A stretch of DNA of 64,000 bases, taken from positions 620,001 through 684,000 of the forward strand of contig JAXLNO010000146.1 of NCBI GenBank assembly GCA_038087875.1, given 5' to 3'. This document shows, one piece after another, positions 27,071 through 40,003 of this stretch; positions within the stretch are counted from its first letter, which is position 1, and each line of letters opens with the position of its first letter. This DNA comes from Malacoraja senta. Lineage: Eukaryota. The position numbers and the translations under genes were made by a program. Below the pieces are notes generated by a model. The model saw only the letters and a list, made by a program, of their open reading frames with translations. It searched no databases and had not been told where the DNA came from.

Positions 27071-27884
27071 GACTGATTATGGAGAATGAGGAGCAGGTCT
27101 CTACATCAGCAAAGTTAATGAATTTAAGTAATATTTAAGGAATATTCTCCTTGTTTTTCACCAACCACACTGCTCACCTAAGTGGGCTGTTAATTGATTG
27201 ATTGCACAGATACAGCATGGAAGCCCACTGTGTCCATGCCAACTATCAATTACACTACTTGTAGGCTATCTCACCTTCGCATCCATACCCTACACAATAG
27301 GGACAATTTTATTAACCTACAAACCGCATGTCTTTAGAATATTTGAAGAAACAGGAGCACAAGAGGAAATCCACACAGTCACAGGCTGAATGTGCAACCT
27401 CCACAGTCAGCACCCGAGGTCAAGATTGAACCTGGATTTCTGGCACTGTGAGGCAGAGGCTCCACCAGCTGCACCACTGTGCAGCAGCACAAATTTGTGT
27501 CCACTAATTTGTATATTCTGTAATCAGCATCTGATTTTGATTTTAACAGCAAGCCTTGAGAAATATCTTCACACATGAACTATAGTTTTGAAAAAAGGAC
27601 AGAAATATGAGCTCTGTCAAAAAATAAAAAATAAAAAACTGGTTTGCATAGTAACTATTTAATTAGCTTAAAACCTGCAGTTATGTTGACCTTTACTTGC
27701 GCGGTAACATAAATGAAATATATCAACATTTTGGTTATGGATGTGTAGAATCGATTGTTTATAAATTTTATTTATAGTTAAATTATAGTAAAGAAGAAAC
27801 AACTAATTATTGCAAGCCATTATTTATTAAAATTAAGTGAAATTGAACAGGCAGTTCTAAAGCATATGTTTTGAATTAATTGTA

Positions 27885-28850
27885 TTATACAATATATATG
27901 AATGATTTAGATGATGGGATTAAAAGTAACACTTGCAAATTTGCAGATGACACGAAGCTGGATGGCAGTGTGAACTGCGAAGAGGATGCTAGGAGGTTGC
28001 AGGGTGACTTGGACAGGTTGAGTGAGTGCGCAGATGTATGGCAGATGGAGTATAATGTAGATAATTGAGAGGTTATCCACTTTGGCGCCAAGTTCAAGGA
28101 GGCAGATTATTATCTCAATGGTGTCAGATTAGGAAAAAGGGAAGTGCAACGAGACCTGGATATCATTGTACACCAGTCACTGCAAGTAAACATGCAGGTA
28201 CAGCATGTCTCATTATGAAGGCATGTTGGCCTTCATAATGAGACGATTTGAATATAGGGGTGAAGAGGTCCTTCTGCAGTTGTACAGACTCTGGTGAGAC
28301 CACATCTGGAGTATTGTGTGCAGTTTCCGTCTCCTAATTTGAGGAAGGACATCCTTGCTATTGAAGAAGTGCAGCATAGATTCACGAGGTTAATCCCCAG
28401 GATGGCGGGACTGTCATATGAGGAAATATGGAAAGAGTGGGCTTGTATTCACTGGAATTTAGAAGCATGAGATGGGATCTTATAGAAATGAATACAATTA
28501 TATAAGGACTGGACCAGCTAGATGCAGGAAAAAATTTCCCAATGATGGGGGAGTCCAGAACCCAGGGCCACAGTCCAAGAATAAAGAGGAAGCAATTTAA
28601 AACTGAGCTTAGAAAAACCTTTTTGTGGATTTGTGGAATTCTCTACCACAGAAGGCAGTAGAGGCCAATTCACTGGACAAATTTGAAAGAGAGTTAGATA
28701 GAGCTCCAGGGGCTAGCGGAATCAAGGGATATGGGGATAAGGCAGGCACGGGTTACTGATTGTGGATGATCAGCAATGATCAAAATGAAAGTCAGTGCAG
28801 GCTTAAAGGGCCAAAATGGCCCCCTCCTGCACCTATTTTCTATGTTTCTA
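27885..28850 (+). mobile_element. CR1 LINE 3' fragment, degenerate
   Basis: IYMNDLDDG..KFADDTKL..LQGDLDRL; 3' tail. Confidence 0.9.
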
Positions 28851-29814
28851 CGTCTAAAACGATTGTTACCAAACTTGAAAGCAAGGAATGCAACTAATAT
28901 TATGCAGTTATTGATAAATCTGTTCATAGTTTACGTTCATTCACGTGCAGACATAGGTTTTTTGAATGACAAATGAAATAGTTACTAGGCAAGATTCTGT
29001 TAATTTTGTACTGCAGTCACCAAATTGGATAAGATGAGCAAACATCAAGGAGCAATTCATTTGTCCATTTATTTGCTCATGTCAAATTTCAAAGCCTTCC
29101 TTTGAAATTAATATGCTAAACTATGAGGAGGATTTTGTAACCAGTTTAAAGAGGACATTGGTAGGTTATCAGAATGAAGTCTGAATTTACAATTGAAATA
29201 TGGAGAAATGTGATGTTTAGTTTAGTTTAGAGATACAGCGTGTAAACAGTCCATACCGATCACCATCACCCATACACTAGTTCTATCCTACACACTAGGG
29301 ACAATTTAGAGGCCAATAAACCTACAAACCTGCATGTCATTGAGACGTGGAAAGAAACTGGAGCACCCATGCGGGTCACAGGGAGAATGTACAAACTCGA
29401 CAGTCAGCACCTGTAGTCAGGATTGAACTTGGCTCTCTGGCGCTGTAAAGCAGCAACACTACCGCTCTGCCACTGTGCCGCCAGTGATTCATTGGGACAA
29501 AACCTAGACTAAGTTGCAGATGATTTATTGAATTGAATTGAATAATACAACATGGAAACAGGCCCTTGGGCCCATAGAGTTCATTCCGACTTGTGATCAC
29601 CCTTACACACACACTTAGGAACATCGTAACCTCAATATCAGAAGTTATACAAATTTTCTTCACATTAACTTTCTATAAGTGGCTTCAAAGCCTTCTCCTA
29701 ACTAGCCTGTGAAGTCTCCTTCACGTTAACTTCTTATAATTGGCTTTGAAGCCGATAGATTTGCTAATCTTTTATCAGCATTCCAGAATTTTGTGTATTT
29801 TTAAGTTGAGCAAA

Positions 29815-31425
29815 ATAGGTACAATAGACAATAGGTGCAGGAGTAGACCATTCGAACCAGCACCGCCATTCACTGTGATAATGGCTGATCCTCCACAATC
29901 AGTACCTTGTTCCTGCCTTCTCGCCGTATCCCTATCTTTACGAGCTCTATCATGAAAGCTTCCAGAGAATTGGCCTCCACTGCCTTCTGAGGCAGAGAAT
30001 TCCAGATTCACAACTCTCTGGGTGCAAAATGTTTTTCCTCATCTCCGTTCCAAATGGCCTACCCCTTATTCTTAAACTGTGGACCCTGGTTCTGGACTCC
30101 CCCAACAACGGGAACATGTTTCCTGCCTCTAGCATGTCCAATCCCTTAATAATCTTATATGTTTCAATAAGATACCCTCTCATCCTTCTCAATCCAGTGT
30201 ATACAAGCCCAGTTGCTCCATTCTTCAACATATGACTGTCCCGCCATCCCGGGAATTAACCTCGTGAACCTACACAGCACTCACTCAATAGCAAACATGT
30301 CCTTCCTCAAATTTGGAGACCAAAACTGCACACAATACTCCAGGTGTGGTCTCACTAGGGCCCTGTACAACTGTAGAAGGACCTCTTTTCTCCTATACTC
30401 AACTATTGTTATGAAGGCCAAAATGCCATTAGGTTTCTTCACTGCCTGCTGCACCTGCATGCTTACTTTCAGTGACTGATCACCCACATCACATTGTACT
30501 TCCCCTTTTCCTAACATGACACCATTCAGATAATAATCTGCTTTCCTGTTCTTGCCTCCAAAGTGGATAACCTCACATATATCCACTTTAAACTGCATCT
30601 GTCATTCATCTGCCCACTCACCCAACTTGTCCAAGTCACCTTGCATCCGCATAGTTTCCTCCTCACAGTTCACACTGCCAGCCAGCTTTGTGTCATCTGC
30701 AAATTTGTTAATCCTTTCATCTAAATCGTTGAGGTATATTGTAAATAGCTGCGGTCCCAGCATCAAGCCTTGCAGTACCCCACTAGTCACTGCCTGCCAT
30801 TCTGAAAGGGACCCGTTAATCCCTACTCTTTGTTTCCTGTCTGCCAACCAATTTTCTATCCATGTCAGTACCTTACCCTCATTACCATGTGCTCTAATTT
30901 TGCCCACTAATCTCCTATGTAGGACCTTATCAAAGGCTTTCTGAAAGTCCAGGAACTCTACATCCATTGTCTCCCCCTTGTCCATTTTCCTAGTTACATC
31001 CTCAAAAACGTCCAGATTAGTCACGCATGATTTCCCCTTAGTAATTCCATGCTGACTAGGATCGATCCTGTTATTGCTATCCAAATGTGCCGCTATTTCA
31101 TCTTTTATAATTGACTACACATCTTCCCCACCACCGATGTCAGGCTAACTGGTCTATAATTCCATCTTTTCTCTCTCCCGCCTTTCTAAAAATGTGGGCT
31201 ATCATTAGCTACTCTCCAATCCACAGGAACGGATCCTGAATCTATAGAACATTGGAAAATGATCACCAATGTATCCATGATTTCCAGAGCCAATTCCTTA
31301 AGTACCCTGGGGTGCAGACCATCAGGCCCAGGATATTTATCAGACTTCAATCCCATCAGTCTACCCAACACCATTTCCTGCCTAATGTGGATTTCCCTCA
31401 CTTCCTCTTTCACCCGAGGTCTTCT
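29815..31425 (-). mobile_element. CR1 LINE fragment
   Basis: PGPDGLHPRVLKELA, LDFQKAFDKV, KFADDTKL, LYRALVRPHLEYCVQFWSP. Confidence 0.9.
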
Positions 31426-31705
31426 GGCCACAAAAGAAGATGGGTAACCTCAGTGTTGATTGGCCAAACAGATGGGTAGTGAGGGCAATCTTAATGCATA
31501 AGAATGCGATAGAGGTGTTTGACTCAGGAATTTTAGCAGATAGGGATATAAATATCAAAAAATGGAGTTAAACACTTAATAGCAGTTTACAGGTAGAGAC
31601 AGTGTTGGAACGGCACTTATCAGTGTTTAACATTGATAACTCCTGGAAGTAGGGCCGTTTCATGTGTCTCCCCATAAAGGTTGGCCGCATGTTCACCAAA
31701 TAAAC

Positions 31706-32229
31706 CTATATATGCAAGTGGACTATTTGCAATGAATCAATGTTGCAACCCGTTAAGAAGAAAGGATAGAGTTTCTCAGTGAATTTGTCCCTGAAAGTGT
31801 ACAGATGTGACATGTCATCGGCATTGTACAGTGTCACCTGGCCAGCCTCATAGTTCAGGTAGATGCCCAATCTCTGGGGTTTGACTGGAACAGGGAGGGC
31901 AGTACGTGGTGAAGACATAGTGGTATATTCCTCTCCCAGCCGCCACAATACCCAGGCACCGGATTTTGGTTCCGGTCTGAACTCCGCTTTCCTCAGTACC
32001 GATGCTTTTACCACTCCCACACTCCACATGGTGTTCCTTCCGACCTGGACCTCCCAGTAGTGGCTCCCAGTATTGAAGCCCTGAGATGCCAGGACACCGT
32101 GCCACTGCACAAATCGCTCTGGTTTGTCAGGGACCTTCTGTTTAGCACCAAGTCTGATGGCTGTCAGGTCACTGGACAGGATGAGTCTCGGATGCGCAGT
32201 GTCCGGATTCAGCTTCAGTTTGATTGGGA
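31706..32229 (-). CDS. TRIM exon 6: PRY/SPRY (B30.2) domain
   Basis: Acceptor ttttttctcctcttcag; VPIKLKLNPDTAHPRLILS...PERF...GFNTGSHYWEVQV...LGIYLNYEAGQVTLY...FTEKLYPFF; stop TAG. Confidence 0.95.
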
Positions 32230-32459
32230 CTGAAGAGGAGAAAAAAGTCTGCATGGTGAATCCACGCGATTTGCCAATCAAACATTTTGACACATTCAGT
32301 GGTTGGTTAATATATATTCATGCACAGTAAACGAAAATGTAACAGGAAACTGCAGATACTGGATATCTAAAACAAAAGTGGATAATGTTAGAAGATGCTG
32401 TTTCCTTTTTGCTCATTTCTGAACACAGGTCGCAGATCTGAAACATTACCCGTTTTCTC

Positions 32460-32783
32460 TTTACTTTAGTTTGGTTTGGAGATATGGCGCTGAAACAGGC
32501 CCTTCAGCCCACCGAGTCCGCGTTGACCAGCGATCCCTGCACATTAACACTATCCTACACACACTAGGAATAATTTTACACATACACAAAGCCAATTAAC
32601 CTACAAACCTGTACATCGTTGTAGTGTGGGTGGAAACCGAAGATCTCGGAGAAAACCCACGCGGTCACAGGAAGAACGTACAAACTCCGTACAGACAGCA
32701 CCCGTAGTCGGGATAGAACCCGGGTCTGTGGCGCTGCAAGCACTGTAAGGCAGCAACTATACCACTGCGCCACCGTGCCGCCC
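32460..32783 (-). mobile_element. tRNA-derived SINE (HE1-like)
   Basis: Reverse complement of ggcacggtggcgcagtggtatagttgctgcc...; same family as 16441-16765. Further copies at about 29215-29482, 34720-34990, 41625-41932, 47150-47465 and 54818-55090. Confidence 0.85.
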
Positions 32784-32793
32784 CGAACATGTA

Positions 32794-34410
32794 CAGTGGC
32801 TTGCAAAAGTATTCATACCCCTTGAACGTTTCCACATTTTGTCACGTTACAACCACAAACGTAAATGTATTGTATTGGGATTTTATGTGATAGACCAACA
32901 CAAAGTGGCGCATAATTGTGAAGTGGAAGGAAAATGATACATGGTTTTCAAATTTTTTTACAAATAAAAAACTGAAAAGTGTCGCGTGCAAAAGTATTCA
33001 GCCCCCTTTACACTGATACCCCTAAATAAAATCCAGTGCAACCAATTGCCTTCAGAAGTCACCTAATTAGTAAATAGAGTCCACTTGTGTGTAATCTAAT
33101 CTCAGTATAAAAACAGCTGTTCCGTGAAGGCCTCAGAGGTTTGTTAGAGAACATTAGTGAACAAACAGCATCATGAAGCCCAAGGAACACACCAGATAGG
33201 TCAGGGATAAAGTTGTGGAGAAGTTTAAAGCAGGGTTAGGTTATAAACAAATATCCCAAGCTTTGAACATCTCACGGAGCACTGTTCAATCCATCATCCG
33301 AAAATGGAAAGAGTATGGCACAACTTCAAACCTACCAAGACATGGCCGTCCACCTAAACTGACAGGCTGGGCAAGGAGAGCATTGATCAGAGAAGCAGCC
33401 AAGAGGCCCATGGTAACTCTGGAGGAGCTGCAGAGATCCACAGCTCAGGTGGGAGAATCTGTCCACAGGACAACTATTAGTCGTGCACTCCACAAATCGG
33501 CCCTTTAATGAAGAGTGGCAAGAAGAAAGCCATTGTTGAAAAAAAGCCATAAGAAGTCCCGTTTGCAGTTTGCCACAAGCCATGTGGGGGACACAGCAAA
33601 CATGTGGAGGAAGGTGCTCTGGTCAGATGAGACCAAAATTGAAGTTTTTGGCCTAAATGCAAAATGCTATGTGTGGCGGAAACCTAACCCTGCACATCAC
33701 CCTGAACACACCATCCCCACTGTGAAACATGTTGGTGGCAGCATCATGCTGTGGGGATGCTTTTCTTCAGCAGGGACAGGGAAGCTGGTCAGAGTTGATG
33801 GGAAGATGGATGGAGCCAAATACAGGGCAATCTTGGAAGAAAACCTGTTAGAGTCTGCAAAAGACTTGAGACTGGGGCGGAGGTTCACCTTCCAGCAGGA
33901 CAATGAACCTAAACATACAGCCAGAGCTACAATGGAATGGTTTAGATCAAAGCATATTCATGTGTTAGAATGGCCCAGTCAAAGTCCAGACCTAAATCCA
34001 ATTGAGTATCTCTGGCAAGACTTGAAAATTGCTGTTCACAGACGCTCTCCACCCAATCTGACTGAGCTTGAGCAATTTTGCAAAGAAGAATGGGCAAAAA
34101 TTTCAGTCTCTAGATGTGCAAAGTTGGTAGAGACATACCCCAAAAGACTTTCAGCTGTAATTGCAGCGAAAGGTGGTTCTACAAAGTATTGACTCAGGGG
34201 GGCTGAATACTTTTGCACGCGACACTTTTCAGTTTTTTATTTGTAAAAAAATTTGAATACCATGTATCATTTTCCTTCCACTTCACAATTATGCACCACT
34301 TTGTGTTGGTCTATCACATAAAATCCCAATAAAATACATTTACGTTTGTGGTTGTAACGTGACAAAATGTGGAAAAGTTCAAGGGGTATGAGAACTTTTG
34401 CAAGCCACTG
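32794..34410 (+). mobile_element. Full-length Tc1/mariner DNA transposon (1617 bp, IR/DR type) in TRIM intron 5
   Basis: TA|CAGTGGCTTGCAAAAG...CTTTTGCAAGCCACTG|TA; inverted repeats of about 214 bp (32794-33007 and 34197-34410) with an internal direct repeat tgcaaaagtattca. Confidence 0.97.
33173..34192 (+). pseudogene. Tc1 DD34E transposase with three in-frame stops
   Basis: MKPKEHTR*VRDKVVEKFKAGLGY...GRPPKL...WSDETKI...FQQDNEPKH...SPDLNPIE...GGSTKY*. Stops at 33197-33199, 33506-33508 and 33509-33511; no frameshift. Confidence 0.92.
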
Positions 34411-35575
34411 TATCATTTAGAACATATAGCAATACAGCACAAGAACTGTCTACCGTATTCATGCTGAACATGATGCCAAGTTAAACTAAGCTTCTCCGCC
34501 TACATGTTATCCATATCCCTACATATCCATGTGCACATCCAAAACGCCACAGTCACATCTGTCTCCACCACAGCTGGCAGCAGATTCCAGGTACCCACCA
34601 CCCTCCGTGTAAAACATTTGGCACACGCATCACCTTTAAATGTTGCCCCTCTCACCATTCAGTTATGCCCGCTGGCTGGAAGAGGGAGGTGGAATGGCAC
34701 AGAGCCTAGCAAGTGATTTTGTTTAGTCTATTTTAGAGAAACATCGTGGAAACAGGCCCTTCGGTTCAACGAGTCCACACCACCCACTGGTCACCCGTAC
34801 TAGTTCCATCCTACACACTTGGGACAATTTACACAATACAATTAAGCTGCAAACCTGCACGTCTTTGTAATGTGGTTGGAAACCGGAGCACCCGCAGAAA
34901 ACTCCACGTGGTCACAGGGAGAACGTACAAATTATATACAGACAGCACCCGTAGTCAGGATCGACCCCGGGACTCTGGAGCCACCATGCAGTCCAGGTGG
35001 TAGGTGGATATGGGTGAAGAGGGTGGGGGAGTGGGGCGGGGAGGGGGGTTACTACAGATACTTTCAAACTCTTAAAGGTGCTGACTGTGTACCCTTTCTA
35101 ATCCTAAACTATATAGATGTGTATTTTTTCTATACTATCAGGAATAGCCATTATTTATCAGACATTCCAGCCTGCCTTTTCTCCCCACTTCCCTCCCTTG
35201 AGGCACAATACTTGGAGGTTGGGGAGAGCGCTGATGTGACTCTATCGCTCACTCACTGACATAACCTTGCAACAGCGTAGAGGTTAAAGAGATACAGCAT
35301 GGAAATTGACCTTTGACCTGCCGCATCCATGCACACCATCGATCACCTGTTCACACTAATTCTAGTTATCCCACTTTCTCATCCACTCCCTACAAACTAA
35401 CGGCAATTTGCAGAGGTCAACGAGCCGACAAACCTGCACGTCTTTGAGATGTGGGAGGAAACCAGCGAAGATGGAGGAAACTCATGTGGTCACACGGAGA
35501 ACGTGCAAACTCCACACAGACAGCAGCCGAGGACAGGGTCGAACCCGGGTCTCTGGCGCTGAGGCAGCTGCCTAA

Positions 35576-35904
35576 AAGCCCTGTCCCACGGTACGAGTTT
35601 ATTCCAAGAGCTCTCCCGAGTTTGCCCTGATCGAACTCTGAAATTTACGGTAATGGCCACTCGTCGGTACTCAGGGCTCTCGTGGACATCTTTCAACATG
35701 TTGAAAAATCTTCACGAGTCTTCCCGTGCTTACCTGCCGTTAGCGATTCTTCCCGAGTACCTGCCGTTGGTGTTACGAGCCGCTAAGAGACGTCCCCGAG
35801 CTCCGACGTACCCGCTACGTTCATTCTCCGTGCTTACCACGAGTTTGAATTTTTTAAAACTTGGGAGAGCTCTTGGAATGAACTCGTACCGTGGGACAGG
35901 ACTA
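35576..35904. mobile_element. PIF/Harbinger-type MITE inserted into a SINE
   Basis: ~45-bp TIRs cctgtcccacggtacgagtt.attccaagagctctccc.agttt, flanked by TAA/TTA; the host SINE head continues on both sides. Confidence 0.75.
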
Positions 35905-37134
35905 TTACCAGCGGCGACAGCGTGAATGTCCGTATATCGCGGATTTCACCTACTCCGGCATTGCTATTAAGGCCACCATTTACTGCCCTTACTGGAGCAT
36001 CTCACATAACATTTAGGAACCATCCAGACAAGGAACAGCAGATGCTGGAATGTTGACCTGAGCACAGAGTGCTGGAGGAACTGAGCAGATGAGACATTTG
36101 TGAAGGGAATGGACGGGCGATGTTTCGGGTTGAGAAACATCTACAGACTGGTTGAATCAGTCTGAATGAGTCTGAAGAAGGGCCCTGACCAGAAACGTCA
36201 CCTGTCCGTTTCCTCCACATCTGCCGCTGACCCACTGAATTACTCCTGCACTTTCTCATTTGAACCACAGTAGTCAGTCTGGCGTCACGAAAGCTGGATA
36301 AGGATGGCAGATCTTCTGTGCTGAGGGGCATCAACAAACCAGAAAGGATTTTAGCACAATCTGCAATTTTTGTGGTCATCTTAATGGAGGCCAGTTGTTG
36401 CTATATTCAAAATGATGAACTGAATTTAAATTACACAGTTTTCATAGTGTGATATGAAGCTGATAGCAATGCTTAAAATGATGGAAGGCAGAGAGAGGGT
36501 AGACATTCATAACCTTCTTTCCCCAGGGTGAAAATGTGGAGGACCACAGGACGTGGCTTTAAGGTGAGGGGCGTGAAGTTTAAAAATATGTACGGGGCAA
36601 GTTGTTTTTAACACAGAGGATGCCTGGAACATGTTGCTGGGGGAGATGGTGGATGCAGACACTATATTGGGATTTAAGAGGCTTTGAGAGAGGCACATGG
36701 AGATGCAGAGAATGGAGGTATAGGTTTCAGGCAGAGATTAGTTTATCTTGGCTTCATTGTCAGCATGGACATTGTGGGCCAAAGGGTCTGCTCCTGTACT
36801 GTACTGAACTCAGATCTTTAAACAGTTAGTTCAGGCCCCAGGATTACCAGCCATGTTACATATCTGGTGAATCGTTATTGGACCTGTGGGCTGGCCCGGC
36901 CCAAATGTGTAGGAAGGAGCTGCAGGTGGTAATTTACACTGAAGATAGACACAAGATGCTGGAGTAACTCAGCTGGCCAGGCAGCATCTCTGGATTAAAG
37001 GAATAGGTGACGGTTCAGGACAAAACCTTTCTTCAGACTGGACCAAAAGTGTCAATTTTTCTCATACCTCTATCAACATCTCTTCCATATTTCATTCACC
37101 ATAATTCCTCGACTCTACCGGAAGATAAATTTAC

Positions 37135-37253
37135 CTGGATTAATTAGCTTCAGCATCCGTTTCCACAGGTTGAACTGAAAGGGGCCGCTGATATCATCTT
37201 GCCTGAGGTCAATGGAAACTCTGGCGGGTCTCTAGAACTGCATGTTTTCACAC
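37135..37253 (-). CDS. TRIM exon 5 (119 nt), containing an in-frame TAG at 37234-37232
   Basis: cacag|G TGT GAA AAC ATG CAG TTC TAG AGA...; (R)CENMQF*RPARVSIDLRQDDISGPFQFNLWKRMLKLINP|gtaaat. Confidence 0.9.
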
Positions 37254-37780
37254 CTGTGTTGGAAATAAAAAGTATCGCTGAGATGTAAAAGTAGAATGAT
37301 ACACCCTATCTATGATCTCACTTTATATACGTATCAGCACTGCCCACAACCTCTGACTGTCCACAGACTACTATCCAAGACTGAGGTCTTAGGGAAATAT
37401 GAACAACATATATGAGAAATATATAAATCAAGTTATTCTATGCGTTGATTGGGGATAGTTGCTGACCCCGGTGCATCAAGAAGGAATTTTCAGTTGTTTT
37501 TTTTTATAGTATTCTGCAAGGACTACCTCAGCAAGGAAATGGAGACCTCAACCAAAAAGCAGCACTTCTGATAGTATTGTACTCCCTGTACTGCATCCCA
37601 AATCCTGGACTTTCCACTCGTCACTTTAATTCCATGTTTCATGTATCTTGTGTTTTATGACTGTTGGCGGACCAATTTCCCTCCTGGGATCAATAAAGTT
37701 CTATCGTATTGTATCATATCTCATCCCTTGCACATGAGACATTGGTTTTTATTATCCATTGCTACACAGCCATCAGCTAT

Positions 37781-38497
37781 TAACCATATAACCATAACAG
37801 CACGGAAACAGGCCATCTCGGCCCTTCAAGTCCGTGCCGAACACTTTTTATTTTTTTTAATTTTTTTTAATTTACTTCCCCCTAGTCCCATCTACGTGCA
37901 CTCAGACCATAACCCTCCATTCCTTTCCCGTCCACATACCCATCCAATCTATTTTTAAAGGATAACATCGAACTTGCCTCCACCACTTCCACTGGAAGCT
38001 CATTCCACACAGCTACCACTCTCTGAGTAAAGAAGTTCCCCCTAATGTTACCCCTAAACCTCTGTCCCTTAATTCTCAAGTCATGTCCCCTTGTTTGAAT
38101 CTTCCCTACTCTCAATGAGAAAAGCTTATCCACGTCCACTCTGTCCAACCCGCTCATAATTTTAAAGACCTCTATCAAGTTCCCTCTTAACCTCTGCGCT
38201 CCAAAGAATAAACCTTTCTCTGTAACTTAGTTGCTGAAACCCAGGCAACATTCTAGTAAATCTCCTTTGTACTCTCTCTATTTTGTTGACATCCTTCCTA
38301 TAATTAGGCGACCAAAATTGCACTCCATACTCCAGAATTGGCCTCACCAATGCCTTGTACAATTTTAACATTACATCCCAACTTCTATATTCAATGCTCT
38401 GATTTATAAAGGCCAGCACACCAAAAGCTTTCTTTACCACCCTATCTACATGAGATTCCACCTTTAGGGAACTATGCACAGTTATTCCTAGATCCCT
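37781..38497 (-). mobile_element. Young CR1 LINE 3' fragment
   Basis: Near-identical reverse complement of about 50167-50925, including the (ATGGTTAT)n tail. Confidence 0.92.
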
Positions 38498-38590
38498 TCT
38501 CCATGGGTAACCTTCTCCATGGGTAATGGATATTCCTTCTGAACTGTGTGTGTTAGAGGAATTAAGTGTGAAGAATTTGTTGAAGGTCTG

Positions 38591-40003
38591 AGCTCCCCAC
38601 CTGCTTCAAAAGGGCATCAATTATACCAGTGCCCAAGAAGAGTAAGGTAACATGCTTCAATGACTATCGACCTGTGGCACTAACGCCTGTGGTGATGAAG
38701 TGCTTTGAGAGGTTGATCATGACGCAGATCAACTCCTACCTCGACAAAAACCTGGTCCCACTGCAGTTCGCTTACCGCCACAACAGATCAACGGTGGATG
38801 CGATCTCGCTGGCCCTCCACTCCGCTCTGGACCACTTGGACAACAAAAACTCATATGTCAGGCTGTTATTCATCGATTACAGCTCGGCATTTAACACAAT
38901 CATCCCCTCCAAGCTGGTTACCAAACTCGCAGAACTAGGTCTCTGCGCATCCCTCTGCAATTGGATCCTCGACTTCCTCACTCTCAGACCACAGTCTGTT
39001 CGTATTGGTGGAAATGTGTCAGACTCGATAACAATTAGCACGGGAGCACCTCAAGGCTGCATGCTCAGTCCCCTGCTGTACTCACTCTATACTCATGACT
39101 GCGTAGCCAGACATAGTGCAACTCCATCATCAAGTTCGCTGATGACACCACTGTTGTGGGACGTATCACTGATGGTGATGAGTCAGAGTATAGAAGAGAG
39201 ATCGAGCAACTGTCCATATGGTGCCAGCACATCAACCTGGCCCTCAACACCAGCAAAACCAAGGAACTGATTGTGGACTTTGAAAGGAGTAGGATGGGAA
39301 CCCACAGTCCCGTTTATATCAACGGGTCGATGGTTGAAAGGGTCAAGAGCTTCAAATTCCTGGGCGTGCACATCTCTGAAGATCTTTCCTGGTCCGAGAA
39401 CAATGATGCCATTATTAAGAAAGCACATCAGCGCCTCTACTTCCTGAGAAGATTACGGAGAGTCGGTTTGTCAAGGAGGACTCTCTCTAACTTCTACAGG
39501 TACACAGTAGAGAGCATGCTGACCGGTTGCATCGTGGCTTGGTTCGGCAACTTGAGTGCCCTGGAGAGGAAAAGACTACAAAAAGTAGTAAACACTGCCC
39601 AGTCCATCATCGGCTCTCACCTCCCTTCCATCGAGGGGATCTACCACAGTTGCTGCCTCAAAAAGGCTGGCAGCATCATCAAGGACCCACACCATCCTGG
39701 CCACACACTCATCTCCCTACTACCTTCAGGTAGAAGGTACAGGAGCCTGAAGACTGCAACGACCAGGTTCAGGAACAGGTACTTCCCCACAGCCATCAGG
39801 CTATTAAACCTGGCTCGGACACAACACTGAACTTTACTAGCCAATACTGTTATTTGCACTTTATCAGTATATTGACCATTGTGTATATATTTATAGAATG
39901 CCTTGTAGTAAATGCCTACTATGTTCTGTTGTGCTCAAGCAAAGCAAGAATTTCATTGTCCTACCAGGGACACATGACAATAAACTCACTTGACTTGACT
40001 TGA
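38591..40003 (+). mobile_element. Rex1/Babar LINE, 5'-truncated, RT with one frameshift
   Basis: [46 protein letters not shown]; (TTGAC)n tail; candidate TSD TTGAAGGT at 38580 and 40000. Confidence 0.93.
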
